Positions 27,206 through 40,001 of a DNA stretch of 64,000 bases are shown here, piece after piece. Location of the stretch: NCBI GenBank assembly GCA_012295275.1, contig CM022677.1, forward strand, positions 15,314,001 to 15,378,000, in the 5' to 3' direction. The translations under genes were made by a program, and so were the position numbers. The DNA comes from Chrysomallon squamiferum (taxonomy: Eukaryota > Animalia > Mollusca). The notes beneath the pieces were generated by a model, which ran no database searches, was not told the DNA's origin, and worked only from the letters and a program-made list of their open reading frames with translations. Numbering within the stretch: position 1 is the first letter of the stretch; the number at the start of each line of letters is the position of its first letter.

Positions 27206-28519
27206 TCAGGAATATAAATATAAGTAAAGCTAAAATTACAAAATTAATTATAAAGGGCTGAAAGACAGACTCAGAGTCAGAGAACATGAGAACAAAAGCA
27301 AAAAGGAAACAAGCAGATACGTAGATACTTACTAACAAATACATAATAATTAATACAACTACAAATACATAACAAAATATTTATATACGTTAAAAATATC
27401 TACATAAAATTATTTCATAATAAAATGTTTAGTTTAATATTCTTAGCTAAACTGTTTAACTAAATTGTCTATGTCAGACAGACAAAGATTAGGATTAAAT
27501 ATAGAATAATTATTCAAATATTATAAAAATTTATAAAATTTAAAAAACAATTACCTGAAGTACAATTTCCAATGTCCACATCTTTCAAAGAAAGGAGTTT
27601 TCCATGGAAACTCAAACAGCTGGCTGGTTAAACAACTGGAGTTCAGACTTAATTCCTGTAGAGAACTTGTGACTGATTTGGAATCTGGAATATCTGAAAT
27701 AAATGAAAAACAGTGTTAACCAAACCTGATAATATCTTAACTATCAGCAGAAAAAGAAAAAAAGTTGAAAAAATATAATAATGAGAAATTTGTCAAATCT
27801 AGATAATTACAGAATGAAATACACGTGTGTGTATGTATATTTACATACAGAGAGAGAGAGAGCGAGAGAGAGAGTAATATATATATATTTTACAAATCTA
27901 AATTTACCATCAACTATAAGTGTTTGGTTGTTAACTTTTGCATCATTCAGATAAAAAACTGAATACAAGATTAAGTGATCCCAGCTGGTAATAATAATAA
28001 TAATTCACAATGTGCAGAATCTACATCATCAGAAAATAACTCTGAAATTATAGAGAAATACACATATATATTAATAAAACCAGTATAAATAAATAGATAA
28101 ATAAATAAGAAAGTTAATAAATTTTAAAAATATATAATGATAAATTAAGATTCTTGAAGCTAAGGTCTGTCTCTCTTACTGTCTTTAGAGAAAGAGAAAG
28201 ACAGTAAGAGAGACAGAGTATCAGTAGAGAGAGAGAGAGAGAGAGAGAACAGTTAATAAAATAACATGAATAATAAGGAAACCTGAGAGTTTTAACAGCT
28301 GGACTAACACAGTGAGAGAAATAATCATTTCCTAGAGAATTTACTCGACACATCCAAATATTCCTATTTACCAACAACATTTTGATTATACAGTCCTTGA
28401 AAAAAAAAACTTAAGTTGTGTATTAGTTTTAAAAACTATTAACACAAATTGTTAACACAAATTGTTAACACTTATTTGTTATTATTAAAATGTAGTTAGT
28501 AGAAGACATCATGTTTTAA

Positions 28520-29330
28520 CAGTAGTAATAGTATCAACAGCAATGATAGTAGTTGTAGTAATAACAGCAACAGAACTAGTAACAGTGGTTGAGTAGTTGC
28601 CACAGCAGTGGTTGTAGTAGTTTTATGATTATTAACAGTAGTAGTAGCAGCAACATTTGTAGTAGTAGTAATAGTAGTAACAGCAGCAGCAGAATTCGTA
28701 GTTGTAGTATTAATACTAATAGTAGTAACAGTGGTAAAGTACTAGTAGCAGTAATAGTGGTAATTGTAATATTAGTAGTAACAGAATTAGTAATAGTAAC
28801 AGTGGTAATAGTTGTAATATTAGTAGAAACAGTACTAGTTGTAGTAGTAGTGGTAAATATTAGTAATAACCATACTAGTAGTAGTAATAGTGGTAATTGC
28901 AGCAGTAACAGTAATAGTGATAACTGTGGTAGAATTAGCTTAGGTGTTATAGTACAAGTAGATACAATACATAGAGGTAGTAAATAACTGCAGACATCAA
29001 AGTAGTATTAGAGCAGAAGTAGTAGATGTAATAATAGTGGTAAAAATAACATTTGTAGTATAAGTAACAATAGCAGAAATAGCAGTGACTGACATAGAAG
29101 TAAATAGATATATAATATTATTGGTAATAGCTTTAGTGTGTTGAAAGTCACGGTTAGTAACTATTTTTTGTTAGTAGAATAATAGTAGCAATATTAGTAG
29201 CTAACTGATAATACTGTACAATTACATATACTAATTACTAATAATAACTACTACTACTAATAATAATAATAATACCAAGAACAATAATAATAAGAAGAAG
29301 AAGATGAAGAACAAGAAGAGAAAATAAGAT
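28520..29330. repeat. Degenerate (AGT/AAT/AGC)n low-complexity tract
   Basis: Direct reading; source of the Ser/Val-rich ORF 28589-28987. Confidence 0.85.
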
Positions 29331-31763
29331 TTTTTTTCTCATAATTATATATATATAAATATAAATATAATTTCTTGATTAAGTTATTGGATTTAAGCAT
29401 TATGTAATGAATATGGAATTCTTTAAACTGGTTTTATTATTATTATTATTATTATTATTCTTTTTATAACAGTTATAATTAAGATTACTCACAGCACTCT
29501 CAGTGTCTGTTTTATTGGTGGTGAGGCTAAGGAAGATCACTGTTGTGTTAGAACACATTGCCAAACACACAGCTCGGAAAGCCTGGGGTCCAAAACTGTT
29601 TCCTGATAAATTTAAAACCTAGTTTAAAAAAAAAATATATATATATATATACAAAAATAATAATTAATAATTAATGAAAAGATAGAATACTAAATTATTC
29701 AGTAGGTTGTAATATTAAATAAAATAATGAAAAGGTTGATAATATTTAATGTGAATATTTTGTAATTCAGTATGTTTATCTTCTAAATAAATTAAAAAAA
29801 CTAAGAAAAAAAAAGAAGATAAATGATAGATACATACATAGAGAGAGAGAGAAGTCAGATTTATAAAAAAAAAAAATAATAATAATCAACTGTCTACTGT
29901 TCAGAGCATAAGAAAGAAAACTAAAAACTTGACAATTAGGAACAAATAAGAAATAATATATAAAGACACAGATTGACATCCAGACGAACAGATACGTAAG
30001 GTAGAGACATAGGTATATAGACAGGTATACACACAGACAAATAAAAGAACAGAGAGAGACAGAACTAAAATAAATAAATAGGGAGGCAGGCAGAAAGAGA
30101 AAAAGACAGATAGACTAAGACATATTTACTGACATATTTACCTGAAATTTTTTTAAAAGGTTTTTAACTGACTAAGTGGATGTGACTAAGTGGTAAAGCT
30201 TGTGGCAGTTTAAGTCTTGGTCTGGCTGCTTTCAACAAAAATTCCAGTTTCAAAAGAAGATTAGTCAGTCAAATCACATGATCAAAAATTTTCTGTTTGC
30301 TTTATTTCTTAGATATTATTTTTACTGAAATACCTCTGGCAATGGGTGGTGGTGTTTCTGGTTTCTTTTCTAGTATGTCTGGATGTTTCTTGGCACAGGA
30401 GTTTGAGTTTTTAGTGGTTGGTGTGGTGGTATCAGTTTGTCTTGATTAATGGTGGTCCTGGTGTTGTTGGTGTCAACTGTTTCTTTTTCAGTTCTGTGGA
30501 AATAAAAAACAAAAATAGAAAGAAAAGAAATTTTATATATATATATATATATATTAACAGAAATGCAGACCTTCAAATTAAGAAAAAACATGTCTGTGAA
30601 TATAAATACAACTGTCATAAAAAATGTCTCCAAATTATTGGAAACTATTTAAAATACACTAATAGTAACAAACAAGTTATAAGAATAATAGTGGTCTAAA
30701 AAATCACTAATAATAATAATTTTCAGAAAACAGAACATCAACACTAGTAACAGAAATATTAATTCTATGAGATATTACTAGGTAAAAGGTTTCATTAAAA
30801 CACTGAAACAAAAAAGTCTGCTCCCCACTGAATAAAAAGAAACATGAAGAAGAAATATAATATTAAAAAGAATTATAACTAGCTTGTAAAAAAAATAATT
30901 ACAATAATAATAATAATAAATAAATAATAAAATAAAAGAATTTGAATTAGTAGAATGTAGAAAAATAACGAAAAAGATGGAAAAGCAGTTAAGAGATTGA
31001 AAATATTAATACAATAAATGCATAAATAAATAAAAAAAATAAATCAATACTATAGTTAAAATTATAATAATATAAATACATACATATACATACAATAATA
31101 ATAAAAAATAAAAATTCTAATTCTTTAAGTAAAATGGGCAGGAGAACAAAATTCAAACAAAACAAAACAATTCATTAAAATAAAAATTAATAATTTAAAA
31201 TATGAAGAAACAAAAAGAAAGAATAAAAAGAACTATGTACAGAAACTGGGAGACTGAAAAATAAAAAGTAAATTGTATATTTCAAAAATCTTGCTTGTTA
31301 AAATAACTGGAAATGAATTACAACAAGAGGAACACACAAGAAAAAAAGAAGATTATGAAGAAACTACAATGTAGAAAAATAACAAGAAAACCATGGTAAA
31401 TAGGTTAAAAAAAAATAAACAATAAAATAACTTTAAAGAACACACAAAAATTAAAACAAATAGAAACAATATGAAGAAATATGAATAAACACAGGATAAG
31501 AAGAAACTAGAAGAATAAAAGACAAGACGAATTACCCACAAACACATATACACCCACACACACACTGATATATAGTTAAATATATAAAACAAATAAATTA
31601 AATAAATAAATTATAGAAAGATAGAAAAATAATAAGATGTCATAAAATATTACTGAAATAGTAACAAGATAAAGAAATAATACAAATTACAGAGACCAAA
31701 TGAAAAAAAAAAATTGAAATAAAAAAGAAAGATAAATTAAATGTTGATGATGATGATGATGAT

Positions 31764-31795
<32 letters not shown>

Positions 31796-32285
31796 TCAAT
31801 ATCAAATTTAAATAACAATAATCATAATTATAATAATCATAATGATAATAATAATAATAATAATAATTATAAATTATTAGAAAATTAGTTTTTTATTGAA
31901 ATATAGATTAGGTAATCTGCGTTCTTCTTTATGTTTGATAACAACTCTGTTAAACAGGCAGGGAACAGTCAGTTTAAGAAACAACAACAGTATAAACAAA
32001 TATCATTTTAGATGGTCAGTAGTCAAATATAAAAGAATTGTAATTAGCATGGACCAACAGGAACGACAATAAGGTCTGAAAAAAAAAGAAAAAAAAAAAC
32101 ACCCAAACATGTAGTACGAAACGGGTACGAGATGGTATGACATCAAAGTTACCAAAAGAAAAGAAAAAACGTTTCTACCTTTGCAGCAGTTTCTACTCAA
32201 TAATAGACATCTAAGAGCCAAATTTCTCCAAATTACTATGAAGGAGTACGTGTTTAAAAGTTTGTAAACACTGATCGGCGTTCAA

Positions 32286-32299
32286 CGCTGCCATCTTGG
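32286..32299 (-). promoter_or_regulatory. YY1-type motif at the putative start of unit B
   Basis: Minus strand CCAAGATGGCAGCG matches the YY1/Pho consensus CAAGATGGC; lies in a CpG-retaining patch about 110 bp 5' of a splice donor. Confidence 0.4.
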
Positions 32300-33556
32300 A
32301 TTTTGATCGGAGGTTTCCGTGAGCTCACGGAAGTTTTTAAATCTCCAAATTCAATTATTTTACATCTGTTTTCCGAACTTTTTATGATTTACACTGATAA
32401 AGATAAGGATGGCTATTCATATAACCAAACCATCATGTCACGTGCCTTTCGTAACTACTTTTTCAACTTTCAAACCGGATTTTTTTGCAAATGCGTGCAT
32501 AATAAAGTAAAATTATAATTCGGTGAAAGATTAATGTATTAATTTTTCAAATTGGCAATAAATAAAATATATAAACTTAGATACTATACCATGGTATAGA
32601 AGTTGGCTTCTACATTTTACTTTCCATCCAAAGACAATTATTTTTGGTTTTTCTTATTATTTTTCAAGTTCCAAACTTGTTTTGATACATCGTATCTTAG
32701 CGGGATTGTTGTAGTTATTATTTAGAGTTACTTCCCCTAGACCCTAAATCAAAGAATTTCAGAATTTCCACGTCAGATTATTTTGCAGAATGTCTGAATT
32801 TGTCCTTACATTGTTATTTCAGTTGGGCAGCATCATTTGCAGTTTTCACTAATTAAACTGTATTTCAGGACTGTTGTATAGTTATGTATCTTAGAAATAC
32901 TGTAATCAGTATGAGTCTTAGTAAAACGTATGAACATGTACATTGTAAAATTATCCTATTTTATATCCTCAGCACTCATCAGAGGCGTAGCCAGGTTTGA
33001 AAGTTAAGGAGAGAAAACACATCGAATATTAATAACAACAATAATAATAAATGAAATCGATTCTTCTCACAACACACGCTTGATCGTCGTCACGGTCGAT
33101 CCCGACATGGTGTAAGCCCGGAAGATAAGCTGTGAAGATTACTCACGGACGGATTGTGGATTGTGCTTTGTGCTGACTGAGCGGAATTCAGAAACAAAAA
33201 AGATACTGTACTTTTTTCTTATTTATTTAGATCTTAATTCTTATTTATATTATTTGTAGGCTTTTGTATTATTGTTACTTTTATTACTTTTCTTTTTTCT
33301 TCTCTGCTGTTTTGCTACTCTTTTACTTTCCGGTATCTCAAATAACCGATATATCTTTTATCTTTATCTCGATCTGAAAGTGAGTTGCGTTCAGCTTTAG
33401 TGTTTTTTGAATTAATATAGAATTGTCTATATATTTAAAAAAAAAAATAATAATAATAATAATAATAATAATAAGCAATTTAAATATATTATTGAAACCG
33501 ATATATTTTTTATAAAAACACACAAAACAACAACAACCCATACATACACAACAAAC

Positions 33557-34930
33557 ATGGCAACAAAAAACATCAACATTTACAGCTCGGGAATCGATAC
33601 CTCGGAGATGGAAACTAGGGTTCCAAAACGACCCAGGGACAGGAACCCTAGCTCCGTCGAAAAAACAAAAAACAGGAAACAAAAGAAAATAATCGATATC
33701 ACAGTCGAACACACACATTCCGAAACTGAAACTGAAGAACAAAAAATTATTAATAGAAATCTCTACATTATGCCAACGCTAAGAGAATCGGACAGCGAAG
33801 ACGAAAGCGAACCAAACGCGTGGAAAATAATTAAAAAAAAAAAAAAAAAACACACCCACAGCCGAACCACCATCGCAGTTCACAAAAGAAATTACACAAA
33901 CATTGATAAACAGTTGCGCTATTTAATAGAAGCGCAAATACACATTATGGACAAAACGACAAAAGTCAACAAAAGTAATAACGGAAAAGAAATCTACTTC
34001 GAAGTAGATACAAAAACACTTAAAACAATTGGTCCCAACATCACAATCTGTGACGAAACATTTGTTGTCAGGGTTTTAGCCAAACTAATCCCCGATACCA
34101 AACAACCACAGAAAACACCCACACCACAACCCAGAAAAACACTACTCGCAACACCGCAGCCAAAACAAACTCCTATTACCAAACAACAACAACAACAACC
34201 CAAACACACAACAAAACCAAAAGAAACAACATACAAATACATCTCTAAAGATTTGGGGTTTTATTACCCACACTACTGGACCACACTGACATTTAACACA
34301 AAATTAATTAACACAACCATCACCATTGATGAGTATAAATATACACTGGCAGAAATGAGACCGCAGTTGCCCAAGTGCGGCCACTGTCAGAAATGGGGGC
34401 ACATCACAAACCAGTGCTCCCACAGAAACAACCAGAAACACTTAACATGCAGTTTCTGTGGTGGAAATCACCACAGAAACTCAGGCCAATGCCGGTCTCT
34501 GGCAAAATGCGCAAATTGCCAGGGACCACACGAATCGCACTACAAGATGTGCCCAGCAAAGATGCAAGCAACCAACAAATTCGAACACAATAGGAGAGAC
34601 AACAAAATTTTACAAAACGTGAACAAAAAATGCCAGAAGATAGAAGAAAAAACGAAAACCATTATAGAAACAAAAATTAATCAACACAACGAGAAACCAA
34701 AAGACAATCTCGACAGGGAGGTCAGGATTGCAGAAATACACAAAATCATTGTCTGCCTCCTGATTGAGCTTCAGAACATCAGGACCAACAAAGGAAACAC
34801 GAATGATGAAGCCAATTTGGAGCAGACAGTAGCCCAGATAATTGAAGACAGCTTGGGCTTCAAAATCGACACAGACAAAAGACTAAAATTACACACAGAC
34901 AGGAGAAATCCTACAAGCACAAAACAGTGA
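33557..34930 (+). CDS. LINE ORF1 gag-like nucleic-acid-binding protein (457 aa)
   Basis: Open ORF with three zinc knuckles CGHCQKWGHITNQC, CSFCGGNHHRNSGQC and CANCQGPHESHYKMC, directly upstream of ORF2. Confidence 0.92.
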   Translation: MATKNINIYSSGIDTSEMETRVPKRPRDRNPSSVEKTKNRKQKKIIDITVEHTHSETETEEQKIINRNLYIMPTLRESDSEDESEPNAWKIIKKKKKKHTHSRTTIAVHKRNYTNIDKQLRYLIEAQIHIMDKTTKVNKSNNGKEIYFEVDTKTLKTIGPNITICDETFVVRVLAKLIPDTKQPQKTPTPQPRKTLLATPQPKQTPITKQQQQQPKHTTKPKETTYKYISKDLGFYYPHYWTTLTFNTKLINTTITIDEYKYTLAEMRPQLPKCGHCQKWGHITNQCSHRNNQKHLTCSFCGGNHHRNSGQCRSLAKCANCQGPHESHYKMCPAKMQATNKFEHNRRDNKILQNVNKKCQKIEEKTKTIIETKINQHNEKPKDNLDREVRIAEIHKIIVCLLIELQNIRTNKGNTNDEANLEQTVAQIIEDSLGFKIDTDKRLKLHTDRRNPTSTKQ

Positions 34931-37900
34931 ACAAAAACAAAACAAAAACAAACAGTAACAACCATTTACAAACTCTTCACGACAAGCACGCCAAGAACAC
35001 AGGTCTCTCCGTCCTTCAATGGAACGCCAAAGGCCTTCACTCAACAGGCCACGGAGACGAACTACTACACTTCCTGGCCTCCACTACAAACACACCGGAC
35101 ATAATATGCATTCAAGAAACATGGCTGGGACATCACAACAAAAACAACAAAACAACAAAAACCTTTACGGTCCCCGGGTACCAAAGTCATTACGTCAACA
35201 GATTCAACAGCACCCGGGGAGGCATCATGACTCTCGTCAAACAAGACATTCCACACACCAAGCTGAACCAAGCCAAAGTTCACGCCAACATAGAAATACT
35301 CAGCATCACAATACACAACAACAATCAAAACATCGACATCATTAACATATACAGCCCACCCACTCCCGCACTACACACCATTCAAACCCAGGATTTAAAC
35401 AAAATGATCACAACAAACAACAAGGTCATTATAGTGGGCGATTTCAACTGTCACAACACCCTATGGGGTGGCTTGACAGACGACAGCCCTGGAATCGTCC
35501 TCGAAGATTTCCTGGAACAAAACCAGCTGGTCTGTTTGAACGACGGAACATTCACATACACTAGCGATATCAATGGGGGCCAAACCGCCATTGATGTAAC
35601 TTTCACAAGCAAGGACATCGCAGCACTCTCCGAATGGCAAGTGCTCGATGAGCTAAACAGCGACCACCACCCGATACTCACCAACTACAACAGCAAGAAC
35701 ACCTTCTCGGACAGATCCATCTTCACACCGAAATGGAACTTCAACAAAGCCGACTGGGAAGGCTTCTACAAAGCATGCAGAAACATCAACACGCAGAACC
35801 CCAACGACATCGACGCCTACTGCGCATCACTCACCAACACGATACACTCCATTGCAATCAAATACATACCGAAAACCAGAAAATGCAAAATATCCACTCC
35901 CTGGTGAACGGAACGCACAGAAAACAAATGCAAGGAGAGAAACAAATACAGAAGACAATATAAAAAAGACAGAAATCATTCTACGCACGAAAAATATAAA
36001 ATATCAAAAAAAGAAGTTTCCAACCTAATACTCACAGCAAAACAAGAACACTGGGAACTTTTTTGCAACAACATCAACCACAAAACATCAGTCAAAGACA
36101 TGTGGGCCAAAGTAAAAAACATTCAAGGAAAAAAAACCCACAGAATTAACACTCTCGGCAAAAACAACATCGCATTCACTGACAAGCAAAAAGCGGACCT
36201 ACTCAGCCAAACCTTCGCCAAGTCCAGCAGCAATTCGAACTTCCCACTGAAGTTCGCAAAGAAACAACTGGACAACCAAGCAATCGGCGAACACTCCGCA
36301 GACACAGAAAACAGAAAATACAATCAACTATTCAACATCAGTGAATTAAAACATGCACTCGAAAACAAGAAAAGTACAGCCACGGGGCCAGATAAAATAA
36401 GCTACACAATATTACAACATCTACCAGACGAAACCCTACTGGTTATACTCGAACTTTACAACACAATATGGACCACCGGCAAGATTCCAACAAACTGGAA
36501 ACACGCCGAATGTTTCAGCTTGCCCAAACCACACAAAGATCACTCATTACCCAACAGCTACAGGCCGATCACGCTGACATCACATTCGAAACAATGATCA
36601 ACACACGCCTGAACCAGCATTTAAACGACAACAATTTAATCAGCAAATTTCAAAGCGGCTTCAGGAAGAAACACAGCACTAACGACCAGATCACACGCCT
36701 GCATACATCAATTAATCAATCTTTTCGAAAATCAAAAAAAGTTATAGCAGTTTTTTTAGACATTGAAAAAGCATTTGACATGGTATGGAGGGAAGGACTA
36801 TTAGTTAAATTAATAAATAACAACATTAAAGGCAACATGTTCAACTTCATCAAAGACTTTATCAACAACAGATCCATAGCAGTCAAAATAAACGGTCACA
36901 CCTCAGAGAAAACGACAATCGAAAACGGCATCCCCCAAGGATCCGTGATCTCGCCCACACTCTTCAACATCTACATCAACGACATCGTCACAGCACTCGA
37001 CAAACAAGACAACGACAGAAATCCGCCAAAAGAGCCGATAAACACAGCACTCTTTGCAGACGACTGCGCCTTTTGGCGGGCAGGAAGATCGACCGCAGCA
37101 ATACAGAAACAAATACAACAAGACTTAAACAACATAAACGATTGGGCGTTGAAATGGGGCATAAAGATTTCTCTTTCGAAAACAACGTGCCTCCTTTTCA
37201 ACAAGAAATCAGACAACAGCAAGATCACTCTCAACATCGACAACAACTTCATAACACAAACAAAGACATTCAAATTTCTAGGTGTGACATTCGACAGTCA
37301 ACTCAACTTCCGATGCCACATACTCAACATAATTGCCTCCTGCAAAAAAACAATCAATCTTCTAAAGTTAATTTCCGGAACCAGTTGGGGAGCAAACGAG
37401 TCAACGCTGATTTTGATACACAAAGCGTGTATTCTCTCCAAGCTCGACTACGGAGCCACGGCTTACTCGAATGCTCCCAAACTTTATTTTAAAAAACTAG
37501 ATATAATCCAATCAAGTGCCCTCAGGGTGATCGGCCACCTGCCAAACTCAACACCATCCGACAGCCTCCTGTCGGAATACAGCATCCAACCATTAAAATA
37601 CAGAAGAAAACTGCAGCTACTAAAATACAACCTGAAAATACACACACTCAACACAGACCACCCGGTCAAGGATCTGGTCCCCGACGAGCAAAGGATAGGA
37701 CAACTCTTTAAATCGCATAGTCTACTGCTATCGAATTTCCCGACAACAGCTAGCGAAATCGAAAGGGAAACAGGAATAGGTGAAATGCCACTGCCGGCAT
37801 ACCACAAAGAAAGAAAACCGACAATCAACACACCTTTCCTGATAAAAAGAGAAACTGACAAAACAGAGATCCAACCATTCAAAAAAATCATTTTTTTGGC

Positions 37901-38801
37901 AGCAGCAAACGACCACTACAAACAACACACGCACATCTACACTGACGGATCCAAAAACCCAGACAACGGGAGAGTAGGATTCGCCTTCATAGCTCAAAAT
38001 CACACAAACAAACCCACATGCATACAATTCGGCCGTATCAGAAATCACCTTTCGGTATACACGGCCGAGTTGGTAGCCATCATCAGAGCCATGCTGTGGG
38101 TTAAACACAACAACAACAAACACACAGTCATTTTCTCGGACAGTCTAAGTTCCGTGATCTCAATACAAACCGGAAGTTCAAGCAGACCAGACCTGCTCAG
38201 CAAAATACAACAACTACACGAAGAAATACAACACAACAAGAAAGAAGTAACCATCGAGTGGCTCCCAGCACACGTCGGCATCATCGGCAACGAACTTGCC
38301 GACCATTACGCCAAAGAGTCACTCACCATTAAAGACGAAGACATCTGCACAGACATACATTACGGAATAAACGAAATCGTCTCCATCGCTGCCAAACATT
38401 ACGACAAACAATGGCAGAACGAATGGAACAACACGAAAACCAAATGGCACTTAAACATCAAACCACTCGCCAAAACACCCAAAATCACACTCGCCAACAA
38501 ACTACACAACAACAACCTCACCAAAGCCAGAATTGGTTACTCAACCAATCTAAACGCAATTCTATACAAACATAACATCATCACATCACCCATCTGCAGT
38601 TGCGGACTCTCAGAAACCATGAAACACTACTTGTTTCACTGTCCAAACTTTGCCAAGGAAAGACAAGCACTACGCAATACATTGGAGGAACTAAAAATCG
38701 AGTTCACGCTCCAACACATCCTGGCACCAAACGTGAAAGACAGAGAGTTAGTCCTCGCTGCAGTAACAAATTACATTCTCAAAACAAAACACAAACTATA
38801 A
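34927..38801 (+). pseudogene. LINE ORF2 (APE endonuclease, reverse transcriptase, RNase H, CCHC finger), disrupted
   Basis: Endonuclease: VLQWNAKG, ICIQETW, GDFNCH, AIDVTF, SDHHPI. RT: YRPITLTS, FLDIEKAFD, GIPQGSVISP, LFADD, FKFLGV. RNase H: YTDGSK, AELVAI, FSDS, WLPAHVGIIGNELAD. C-terminal CSCGLSETMKHYLFHC. In-frame TGA at 35905-35907 and a frameshift near 36585. Confidence 0.96.
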
Positions 38802-39265
38802 ACCTTTTTTTTTTTTTTTTTTTTCACACGAAAACAAACAACAATTATATAAATGTATTGACCTGCGGATTGATTGGTTGAACAGCTGATGGATCTACGG
38901 ATGGATCGGCTGATTGACGAATCAATTTAAATGGCCAATTAAATTAATAATTAAAAAATGATAAACATACTATACGAACCCACTTTCAGACATTACTAAC
39001 CCGATTATGGTGTCTTATTTCAATTTAATTTTTTATTTTTTATTTTTTTTTTTTTTTTTTTCTCCCCATATTCTTAGTCCTAGCTTCATGATTTATAACA
39101 TCTTTTAAATTAAAATAAAATGTAAATATGTTAACTACATTTATGTTCTTATTTGTTTTTAGTTGCAGGTTTTTTTTAATAATATCTTTTAAAAACAATA
39201 AAAAGACCATTGGCAAAAAAAAAAAAAAAAAAAAAAAACAGGTTTGGACCACGTGGACCATAAAG

Positions 39266-39350
39266 AAGCAGCCAAAAAGGAACAACAACAGCAGCCAAAA
39301 AGAAACAACATCAGAAGCCAAAAAGAAACAACGACAGCAGCCAAGAGCAG
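39266..39350 (+). repeat. 21-bp tandem repeat (about 4 copies) in the LINE 3' UTR
   Basis: Unit approx. CAGCAGCCAAAAAGAAACAAC. Confidence 0.8.
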
Positions 39351-39417
39351 AACAACCAGGACGGCAAACAACACAGACCCGGTGATGGCTGAGAGATTGT
39401 GCCGGATATCACGGGGG

Positions 39418-39617
39418 GCGGATTGCGGCTGCGATACATCCGCACCGACTCGTTACGATCCGATATGCTGGACACTTCCTTGTGTCCTGCAATCGTGGCG
39501 AGAATCCATTCTTTTCCCTACCCAAAACTCTTTTCTGCGACGGACACGCCCGCTGACCTGTCAGAAAGCGTGCCCGTCGCAGACGTGCTTCACAACAGCT
39601 TGCTCTGATTAGCACGT
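39418..39617 (+). other. Structured 3'-terminal RNA element of the LINE (four stem-loops)
   Basis: GCGGAT/ATCCGC (39418-39443); GGACAC/GTGTCC (39470-39487); TCTGCGACGG/CCGTCGCAGA enclosing CACGC/GCGTG and CTGAC/GTCAG (39534-39583); ACGTGCT/AGCACGT (39583-39617). Confidence 0.7.
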
Positions 39618-39699
39618 TAATTTTTTTCCATTCCATAAATGAAATAAAATATATGACTGTTAGAGCTGTTCATTCAAGTATATGACGGTTAAAAATCTA

Positions 39700-39969
39700 T
39701 ATGAACAATAGAGTTGCCGTCGTTATCGTCAGAAAGGGGTTGTTCGTAATGTTCAAGGTGTACTTATTATTATTCTTTTACTCTTTTTATCAGCTATTAT
39801 TCTTACCATCTCAGTGTGTACAACCTATATTAGAATATATTATTAATATGTCTGTTAATGTCGCCGTCGCTACCAACGTATGGGCGTTGTTTTCAACGTC
39901 CGAAGTGAAAAAAGTTTAACGAAATTCATTACTTAGTATTAACAACAAAATATTTGTTGATTATGATTA

Positions 39970-40001
<32 letters not shown>

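Larger units (their letters stand above)
21340..32300 (-). pseudogene. Unit B: multi-exon decayed gene, parent unknown
   Basis: Minus-strand exons with canonical splice signals: 32179-~32300, 30142-30493, 29493-29602, 27908-28051, 27555-27693, 23311-23712, ~21991-22245, 21340-21470. The longer exons I translated have stops or frameshifts; 21340-21470 is open (KLNQLVKDKNIQEIVDKFKAELTLWNKELLKSPVELKYLGLSS). Confidence 0.6.
33058..39634 (+). mobile_element. Full-length I-group (Nimb/I/Ingi-like, RNase H-containing) non-LTR retrotransposon
   Basis: Exact 11-bp target-site duplication ATAAATGAAAT at 33047-33057 and 39635-39645; 499-bp 5' UTR, ORF1, ORF2, 833-bp 3' UTR ending TTTTTTTCCATTCC; A/C-rich, CpG-retaining composition unlike host introns. 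Confidence 0.95.

Noticed and set aside
23619-27344. Many Cys/Val-rich and His/Thr-rich ORFs (metallothionein- or toxin-like)
   Set aside because: They are translations of (CA)n/(TG)n tracts and the 37-bp unit in several frames.
28589-28987. Ser-rich membrane protein ORF
   Set aside because: Translation of an (AGT)n-like low-complexity intronic tract.
32980-33012. MITE/hAT-like terminus CAGAGGCGTAGCCAGG
   Set aside because: No matching second terminus found on either side of the LINE.
35905-35907. Selenocysteine or programmed read-through of the ORF2 TGA using the 3' hairpins as a SECIS
   Set aside because: The position corresponds to the second Trp of the usual PWW motif, no SECIS core was recognised, and a downstream frameshift breaks ORF2 anyway.
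33994-38290. Antisense and alternate-frame ORFs within the LINE
   Set aside because: Expected by-products of the strong A/C strand bias; no motifs.
36468-38801. Retron, DGR, group II intron or other novel RT system linked to the repeat array
   Set aside because: Domain order, zinc-knuckle ORF1 and target-site duplication identify an ordinary non-LTR retrotransposon inserted independently about 6 kb from the array.
39244-39612. A third LINE ORF (122 aa)
   Set aside because: Non-ATG start, composed of the 21-bp repeat and the hairpin region, with no recognisable domain.
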